Below, one piece after another: positions 26,053-31,758 of a stretch of DNA of 31,758 bases. Every line of letters starts with the position of its first letter. Position 1 is the first letter of the stretch. Source of the stretch: a virus (lineage: Duplodnaviria > Caudoviricetes). The position numbers and the translations under genes are program-made. The notes beneath the pieces are model-generated. The model was not told where the DNA came from. It saw nothing but the letters and a program-made list of their open reading frames with translations, and searched no databases. Location: IMG/VR virus record IMGVR_UViG_3300012971_000057, positions 1 to 31,758 of that record, one strand, 5' to 3'.

Positions 26053-26789
26053 GTCAGCTTGAGCTAGATACCGTACAGCCGTTCGGTACCATGCCGCAGA
26101 TCTGGCAGGGCTACGTCGTAGACGCGCCGATCAACCAAACAGCGAAGATCGGCGTCATCATCCCTGATCTTCATCCGGAGGCGAAGTTCACGAATGTTCG
26201 CTGGCAGGCTCGTAGCGGCATGACCGTTCCGGATAAGGGTGACATAGTTCTCTGCGTGTTTGACAACCGCAGGGAGCTTTGGATCATCGGCGTCTGGCCG
26301 AGTACCCGCGATCCGATCATCTACAGCGGTTTGATCGATGACGGCCCGCCACCCCAGCCGGTAGACGACGATATATGGGTCGCCTCAAACGTACAGCCCG
26401 GAGTGACCTGGATGTTCCAGTACAACGGTCTAAGTGGATCCGTACGCAAGTGGGAGTTCATCGGCGGGGCCGCGTTCTATGTTCAGGGCGGATCGCCAAC
26501 GCTCAACTTGAACGTCCCGCGTGGAGGAGACTACGACATCCGCTGGTCAGCCGATTGTAGCTCAGGCGGATCTTGGTCAGACGTTCTGACGGTCTCGTCC
26601 GGAACAATCGTTGGCGGCTCGGGTACTTCGACCGTGGCGGCTACCGGTGTCACGGCCAACCGGCAACGTCTCTCCGGGCAGGCGAGAGCGACCGGACTCA
26701 ATACGAACGCGACCATCGCCCACGGTATCTCGGGACAGTCGGCCGTCAACTCGGCGGAACTCGCCGTCACTCCAGTGAGGATCAGCTAA
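26049..26789 (+). CDS. Baseplate spike-like protein (OB-fold N-terminus) fused to a KWEF...PVRIS adhesin head
   Basis: VIIPD...VPDKGDIVLCVFDNRRELWIIGVW; C-terminus homologous to 10976-11473 and 12130-12660. Confidence 0.75.
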   Translation: MSQLELDTVQPFGTMPQIWQGYVVDAPINQTAKIGVIIPDLHPEAKFTNVRWQARSGMTVPDKGDIVLCVFDNRRELWIIGVWPSTRDPIIYSGLIDDGPPPQPVDDDIWVASNVQPGVTWMFQYNGLSGSVRKWEFIGGAAFYVQGGSPTLNLNVPRGGDYDIRWSADCSSGGSWSDVLTVSSGTIVGGSGTSTVAATGVTANRQRLSGQARATGLNTNATIAHGISGQSAVNSAELAVTPVRIS

Positions 26790-27127
26790 TGGCAGATGTC
26801 AACGTAGACGTACCTCATTTCGATCTTCCATTCCGGCTCGGCAAGGGCGGCGCGAACGTCTGCGAGCAGGATACCATCGATGACGTCGCGAACTGCGTCG
26901 TCGCGGTAGCTCTCACGCACGTCGGCTGGCGCGACGAAGTACCGGGATTCGGCGTGCCTGACTACGCATTCATCAAGCAGCCCATCGGGGCGGACGCCAT
27001 CAACGAGCTACTGAGTTCGCAGGAGCCGCGAGCGACGATGATCGTCAACGAGCGGATGGACATCGCTGACGATCTGATCGACCGGATCAACGTCGGCGTC
27101 TCGATCACTTCGAAGGGATCCGTATGA
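26789..27127 (+). CDS. Baseplate wedge protein (gp25/gpW-like), 112 aa from ATG 26789
   Basis: PHFDLPFR...EQDT...THVGWRDEVPGFGVPD...EPRA; TAATG coupling and GAGG RBS. Confidence 0.85.
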   Translation: MADVNVDVPHFDLPFRLGKGGANVCEQDTIDDVANCVVAVALTHVGWRDEVPGFGVPDYAFIKQPIGADAINELLSSQEPRATMIVNERMDIADDLIDRINVGVSITSKGSV

Positions 27128-28320
27128 GCTTCCAGGGCTACATCTCGTACCCGATCACTTCAGATCCGACTGACCTTCTGAACAACGCCTACGCTGCAAT
27201 CAAGCAGCGGGTGCCGGAGTGGGTAGAGAACGACGGCAACCTCGATGTCTGGATCCTACAGGCGACCGCCAGCGAGGCGTCGGATCTGCTTGGTATCGCG
27301 GCCGACGTGCCCGATACAATCTTCAAGTGGTTTGGAGCTACGCTGGCCGGTATCCCGCCGATGGACGCGACCAGCGCGAACGTTGGCTCGACTTGGACAA
27401 TGATCGACAGTCTCGGTCATACGATCCCGGCCGGTACGCTCGTCACCATCACCGATGACGTCGGAATCGCTCATGGCTTCCAGACCACGCTCGACGTGAT
27501 CGTTCCGGCTGGATCGACCGCAACCGCAGCGGGCGGCGTCACCCTGACCTCTATGGAGACCGGGGTGATCACGTCCGGTCTCGGCGGAAGCGGCTACCAA
27601 GCAACGCTTGTCGATCAGCTCGCCTACGTCTCCACCGTCGTTCTGACCGGACTGACCACCGGAGGTCAAGATGCAGAACTATCCTCCGACTACAACAACC
27701 GGCTCGCTCGGAAGCTACAGCGTCTCTCTCAACGGCCCATCCTGGCCTCTGACTATTCCCTGGCAGCCTTGGATGTCGCAGGGGTGGCCCGTTGCGTCGC
27801 TCTCGACGGCTACAACCCCGCCGATGGAACCTCCAACAACCAAAGGTACGTCGGCGTGGCGGCGGTGGATTCGAACGGTGTTCCGGTATCGGCCGGGATC
27901 AAAGCGAACCTCCAAGCCTACCTAGACGGCCAGCGCGAGACCAACTTCGTCGTCTCGGCTTTCGACCCGACTGTGACGCAGATCGACGTCACGTTCAATG
28001 TCAAGTGTCTCGTCGGCTTCACGGCCGCAACTGTTCAGGCGAACGCGCTGGCGAACTTGAATGCCTACCTCGATCCGTCTACCTGGGGTATGGATCCGAC
28101 CGTGACCGACGCAACCGCAGCCGCGACAACCTGGGTCGAGACGCCGACGGTCTACTACTGGAAGATCATCAACGTTCTCGGCCAGGCTGACGGAGTGGAT
28201 CGCGTCATCAGCATGACGATGGCTCTCCACGGCGGCTCGCTCGGGACGGCCGACCTGACTCTGCCGGGGCACGGCTGTCTGACCGATCAGGGCACGATCA
28301 ATGGGACGGCGACGCCGTGA
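27124..28320 (+). CDS. Baseplate J-like protein
   Basis: TIPAGTLV, TTGGQDAELSSDYNNRL, DYSLAALDVAGVARC motifs. Confidence 0.9.
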   Translation: MSFQGYISYPITSDPTDLLNNAYAAIKQRVPEWVENDGNLDVWILQATASEASDLLGIAADVPDTIFKWFGATLAGIPPMDATSANVGSTWTMIDSLGHTIPAGTLVTITDDVGIAHGFQTTLDVIVPAGSTATAAGGVTLTSMETGVITSGLGGSGYQATLVDQLAYVSTVVLTGLTTGGQDAELSSDYNNRLARKLQRLSQRPILASDYSLAALDVAGVARCVALDGYNPADGTSNNQRYVGVAAVDSNGVPVSAGIKANLQAYLDGQRETNFVVSAFDPTVTQIDVTFNVKCLVGFTAATVQANALANLNAYLDPSTWGMDPTVTDATAAATTWVETPTVYYWKIINVLGQADGVDRVISMTMALHGGSLGTADLTLPGHGCLTDQGTINGTATP

Positions 28321-28946
28321 GTCTTCCGACCGGCTGGCCCGTTGATGACGTTACGCAGCGCCTCTGGGATCGCCTGGAGCCGCTAGCCAAGCCGGATGCC
28401 GCGCTCGGCTATCCGCTACTCGCATACATCGACGCGCTCGGTCTGATGATGCAGCCGGCAGCTGATCTGATCGAAGACGGGCCGAACGGCGAGCCGGGTT
28501 GGTCAATCATCCTCGACATCAACCGTGTCCCGGACGAAGGTCTGCCATACCTCGGTCAGTTCCTCGGTATGCATTTCTACGCTGGTACGACGCCTGACAC
28601 GATGCGGCAGATGATCCGCGATCACGTCGCCTGGCAGCGCGGCACTCCGGCCTCGATCCTCGCTGCTGTGCGCCTCTTCCTGACCGGAACGAAGACGGTG
28701 CAGATGACGGAGCGCGACACCAGCGCCTATCACTTCAACGTAACGATCTGGGCAGCGGAAGCTCCTGCGGATACCTCGACCATCATTCGTTACGTCAATC
28801 AATTCTCGAAGCCAGCCGGTCTGCAGTGGACACTGACGGTCAACCCCGGTACGCCGCCGTCTCTGACTTACGCTCAGATCTACAACGCGACCTGGATTTA
28901 CCAGTACATCTATGACACGTTCCAGACGTACGGGGACATCCACTAA
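28317..28946 (+). CDS. Baseplate/tail protein I (P2 gpI-like) with C-terminal triple Tyr motif
   Basis: PDEGLPYLGQFLG, RGTPASILAAV, KPAGL; ends TYAQIYNATWIYQYIYDTFQTYGDIH. Confidence 0.85.
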   Translation: MSLPTGWPVDDVTQRLWDRLEPLAKPDAALGYPLLAYIDALGLMMQPAADLIEDGPNGEPGWSIILDINRVPDEGLPYLGQFLGMHFYAGTTPDTMRQMIRDHVAWQRGTPASILAAVRLFLTGTKTVQMTERDTSAYHFNVTIWAAEAPADTSTIIRYVNQFSKPAGLQWTLTVNPGTPPSLTYAQIYNATWIYQYIYDTFQTYGDIH

Positions 28947-28954
28947 GGAGGCCC

Positions 28955-29944
28955 ATGCTCACCACGACCAGACGGGCGATTTCATACCCGAACCCGGATC
29001 GTAGCGACCGGGCCGACATCGCTCTTCACATAGGCAATATTGCTCTAGCTGCTGACTCGGACGTCATCTTCAACCAAGGCACCGATGCGCAGCGACAGGC
29101 AGCGGCACACCAGGCGGGAGGCGGGCGTTTCTGGTGGGCAACCGATACCTCTCTGCTCTGGTATGATGACGGAGCTACTTGGCGCTCAGTCGCGCCGACC
29201 ACCAGCAACGTCGGCCTGCTCTCCGCTCGACCGGCTGCGAACGCCATCGCCGCAGGCTCCACCTACTTCGCCACTGACCAGGTGTCCGGATTTATCACGG
29301 ACGGATCGAGCTGGATCCGGACGAGCCTGCCCGCAGGAGCCACGATGGAATGGTACAAGCCGGATGCGGCCGTACCTCCGGGTTGGGTTCTGTACGACGG
29401 CGGCAATCTTCCGGCCGCGACCGGGATCTACGCCGACTTGTACGCTCATCTCGGGAACACTCTCACGAAGCCGGACACGAGCGGACGGCAGGCCGTCAGT
29501 ATCGGCCCGCACGGAGACGTGTCCGCCATCGGCGTCAATGACGGCCTCCCGGCCTCGCAGCGAACTCCGAGGCACAATAGCTCAAACACCCTTGGGCTAC
29601 CGAACCATGTGCACCCGGCGACCGACAGCGGTCACGGTCATGGCTACACGGATCCCGGGCACTACCATATCCCGTACGCCGGAGCCTCGACGTACGTGAC
29701 CAAGTACCCGCCTGGCGATGGTCGCGCTCCCTACCAGCTCGGAGGCGCGAGCGGTAACTTGTTTGCCGATCTCCCGCAAACCGAGCGCGCAAACATTGGC
29801 ATCACGATCAGCAATGGAGTTGCGTCCATCACGGTCGGCAATCCGTCGAGCTTGCCGGCCATCACCGGCTCCATCGGCCCTGGCGGTTCTCGGCCGGTCG
29901 ATACCGGCGCGTTCATCGTCTGCGCCCGGATCGGGAAGCTGTGA
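28955..29944 (+). CDS. Tail fibre protein with collar domain and HxH motifs
   Basis: After gpI; two ATD...DG..W modules; VPPGWVLYDG...YADLYAHLG...PDTSGR collar; HVH/HGH/HYH; AAGGAGG RBS. Confidence 0.85.
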   Translation: MLTTTRRAISYPNPDRSDRADIALHIGNIALAADSDVIFNQGTDAQRQAAAHQAGGGRFWWATDTSLLWYDDGATWRSVAPTTSNVGLLSARPAANAIAAGSTYFATDQVSGFITDGSSWIRTSLPAGATMEWYKPDAAVPPGWVLYDGGNLPAATGIYADLYAHLGNTLTKPDTSGRQAVSIGPHGDVSAIGVNDGLPASQRTPRHNSSNTLGLPNHVHPATDSGHGHGYTDPGHYHIPYAGASTYVTKYPPGDGRAPYQLGGASGNLFADLPQTERANIGITISNGVASITVGNPSSLPAITGSIGPGGSRPVDTGAFIVCARIGKL

Positions 29945-30051
29945 ATATGCAATGGCTGATCGACGCATTCGACCGGCTCATGGCGGTACTCGATAGAATC
30001 GCCGTCGCTATGGAGCGGATCGCGGATGCGGCGGAAGAGGATGTGGGTTGA
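29941..30051 (+). CDS. 36-aa amphipathic peptide (MNMQWLIDAFDRLMAVLDRIAVAMERIADAAEEDVG), not in the ORF track
   Basis: GTGA overlap with the fibre stop and TTGA overlap with the next start; alternative ATG at 29947. Confidence 0.6.
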   Translation: MNMQWLIDAFDRLMAVLDRIAVAMERIADAAEEDVG

Positions 30052-30275
30052 TCCTTGCATTTTCTGCTGGCGCTGATCTTCTCGGAATCGCGGCGATCAT
30101 CTCTTCGATTGCCGGAGTGACAACTGCAATCCTCGGAGCTAGACGAGCTAGAAGAGAAGCTGAAGACAAGGCGAATGAAGATTGTCGTCAGCGGCTCAAG
30201 GAAGCACGAGCGGAGGGAGAAGAAGCGATGGCCGAACTACATAAGCTGAAGATGGAGCGGGCCAATGAAGAGTAA
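30048..30275 (+). CDS. Membrane protein, one TM plus coiled coil (lysis cassette)
   Basis: LLGIAAIISSIAGVTTAILG followed by a charged helix; GAGG RBS. Confidence 0.65.
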   Translation: MILAFSAGADLLGIAAIISSIAGVTTAILGARRARREAEDKANEDCRQRLKEARAEGEEAMAELHKLKMERANEE

Positions 30276-30603
30276 CTGGGTCATTGCGGCGTCTGCGGTC
30301 GCATTCGTCGGTGCCGGAGGCTTCGGGGTGGCGGCCGTGATCGCAGCTTCGAATGCCGCTCAGCCGCCGACGAAAACCGTCACGATTGACGTGGGCACCG
30401 GAGCGCAGGGGCCAGCAGGCCCGCCGGGGCCGAAGGGTGACACGGGTGCGAAGGGCGATACAGGAGCAACCGGGCCAACGGGGCCAGCGGGGCCGCAAGG
30501 CCCAGCGGGAGACTTCACTTGCCTGACCGGCTACTCGCCGGGGATCCTAGTGATCAACTCGCAAGGTGGTCACGTCTCGATCTATACCTGCATAGCCGAC
30601 TGA
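30265..30603 (+). CDS. Membrane-anchored collagen-like protein with C-terminal Cys pair (lysis cassette)
   Basis: N-terminal TM, about 12 Gly-X-Y triplets, CLTGY...YTC. Confidence 0.75.
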   Translation: MKSNWVIAASAVAFVGAGGFGVAAVIAASNAAQPPTKTVTIDVGTGAQGPAGPPGPKGDTGAKGDTGATGPTGPAGPQGPAGDFTCLTGYSPGILVINSQGGHVSIYTCIAD

Positions 30604-30604
30604 C

Positions 30605-30808
30605 ATGGACAAGACTATGCGAACAATAGCTCCGTATGCGAAGGCGCTCATTGCCGCGATCATCGCCGCTCTGACCTCAATCGTGACCGGCCTCGTCGCT
30701 GGCGGACTGTCCTGGTCAGAAATCGTCACCGCGATCATCGCCTTCTTCGTCGGTCTGGGCGCGGTGTTCAGCGTTCCCAATCGACCGCCGTATGAATCTT
30801 CGGAATGA
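30605..30808 (+). CDS. Holin (2 TM)
   Basis: YAKALIAAIIAALTSIVTGL...WSEIVTAIIAFFVGLGAVFSVPN, actinophage-type holin pattern. Confidence 0.75.
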   Translation: MDKTMRTIAPYAKALIAAIIAALTSIVTGLVAGGLSWSEIVTAIIAFFVGLGAVFSVPNRPPYESSE

Positions 30809-31351
30809 TCAATCCCGCAGGGCGTAGATAATCCAGCGTAGCTCGTTCTCCAAGTAGACGACCGCCGACCGGCCCCAACGCGCCTCCTCGTTCTGAAGCG
30901 CCCAGGTGGCGACTAGCCGAAGCTCGCTCTTGACCTGCGTGCAGTGCTCGACGGCGAACAGCGCCCAATCAAGTTGAGCACCATCCTTCTTGTTCCGGTC
31001 GGTCAGCTCTAGCTCCACGTCGGTCTTTGTCCAAGACGCAAGCGACTGGCGCAGTACGTGACCAACGCGCTTCGCTCGCTTCTTGTCCACCGCTAGCTCC
31101 TCGTCGGTCGCTTCGCCTCCAAGACGCCGTGGAATCGTCCCGGCAACTGTTACGATGATCAAAGCATGCGTGATTCGCTCGATCTCGTTTGAGATCAGCT
31201 TTTCACGGTCGATCCCCTTCGGGAGAGCTAATCCGGCGTCATACCACAGTTCTAGGAACCCCGACGGCTTTGTAGGAAGCTGGATTTCGTCCTTCCAAGC
31301 CTCTAGACCGCCTCCGGGTACCCCCGGGCTATCTAAGTCTTGTCCGTCCAC
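30809..31351 (-). CDS. Hypothetical protein
   Basis: 180-aa ORF, GGGAG RBS before GTG; stop abuts the holin stop. Confidence 0.65.
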   Translation of the reverse strand: MDGQDLDSPGVPGGGLEAWKDEIQLPTKPSGFLELWYDAGLALPKGIDREKLISNEIERITHALIIVTVAGTIPRRLGGEATDEELAVDKKRAKRVGHVLRQSLASWTKTDVELELTDRNKKDGAQLDWALFAVEHCTQVKSELRLVATWALQNEEARWGRSAVVYLENELRWIIYALRD

Positions 31352-31363
31352 CCTACAAGCTCC

Positions 31364-31657
31364 CTATCCGCATCCCTCGACCTCCCTGCCGAGAAAGTCC
31401 CGCTCTTCATACTGCGCGTCGATCCGGTTTGAAAGCCGTTCGGCCCGCTTCGCCGCTTCACTCACTCGCTCCCGGATCAGATCCTTGTAACCCGGAACCG
31501 TCCGCAACCAGTGTAGCTGAAGCGAATGGTAGGCTGCGGCCAGCTCCGGGTCTTCTAGATCAGGAGGCGATACACCGTTGCCGTTCATACGCTGCTCGTG
31601 GAGCCGCTTCGTATGCTCGTGATTCGCCTTCTGCGTGTTTCCGTCCTTGAGCGTCAA
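31364..31657 (-). CDS. Hypothetical protein (97 aa from TTG 31657)
   Basis: GAGGG RBS and TTGA overlap with the upstream stop; in frame with track ORF 31364..31744. Confidence 0.55.
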   Translation of the reverse strand: MTLKDGNTQKANHEHTKRLHEQRMNGNGVSPPDLEDPELAAAYHSLQLHWLRTVPGYKDLIRERVSEAAKRAERLSNRIDAQYEERDFLGREVEGCG

Positions 31658-31758
31658 CGATTCCCTCGTTTGTGTTCGGTCGCGTCCCGCTCGGCGTACT
31701 TGCGGTTGGTATAGCTCCGAGGCGAGAGCCAGCCGCAGTTGCACTCGGCCTGGTAGTG
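31654..31758 (-). CDS. 3' end of a small Zn-finger-like protein (partial; HYQAECNCGWLSPRSYTNRKYAERDATEHKRGNR*)
   Basis: Open frame from the window edge; CxCGW...H motif; stop overlaps the next start. Confidence 0.55.
   Translation of the reverse strand, partial: HYQAECNCGWLSPRSYTNRKYAERDATEHKRGNR

Noticed and set aside
18288-29944. Tailocin, eCIS or T6SS locus
   Set aside because: Terminase, portal, protease and capsid genes are in the same operon, so this is a phage
1-31758. Stop-codon reassignment, tRNAs, introns or inteins, integrase, promoters
   Set aside because: Genes are intact in the standard code with all three stops used at gene ends; TerL, portal and MCP have ordinary sizes; no such elements could be recognised by eye

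Overview
A GC-rich, tightly coupled + strand virion-morphogenesis operon of a tailed dsDNA phage with a contractile tail (myovirus architecture; a high-GC Gram-positive/Actinomycetota host is inferred from the holin, CHAP and NlpC/P60 types and is not proven). Gene order: TerS end, TerL, PG-binding+CHAP endolysin, tiny TM peptide, Mu-like portal, two small basic proteins, protease with nested scaffold, decoration protein, major capsid, an ~8 kb fibre/adhesin cassette (8268-16192), head-tail adaptor, tail completion/terminator, sheath, tube, tail chaperone with a -1 frameshift, tape measure, LysM initiator, hub-lysin, spike, wedge, baseplate J, gpI-like protein, tail fibre, membrane lysis genes, then convergent minus-strand genes. 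The most striking signal is the cassette between capsid and neck. It encodes a 760-aa protein with about 31 repeats of ~18 residues. That protein carries two copies of a triple Tyr motif otherwise found at the C-terminus of the baseplate gpI-like protein, and the cassette also encodes a paralogue of the baseplate tail fibre and three mosaic adhesins whose head module is shared with the baseplate spike. This suggests a ruler-scaffolded, branched head/neck filament that reuses baseplate fibre-docking parts (inference). All product calls come from motif recognition and synteny; no database search was run.
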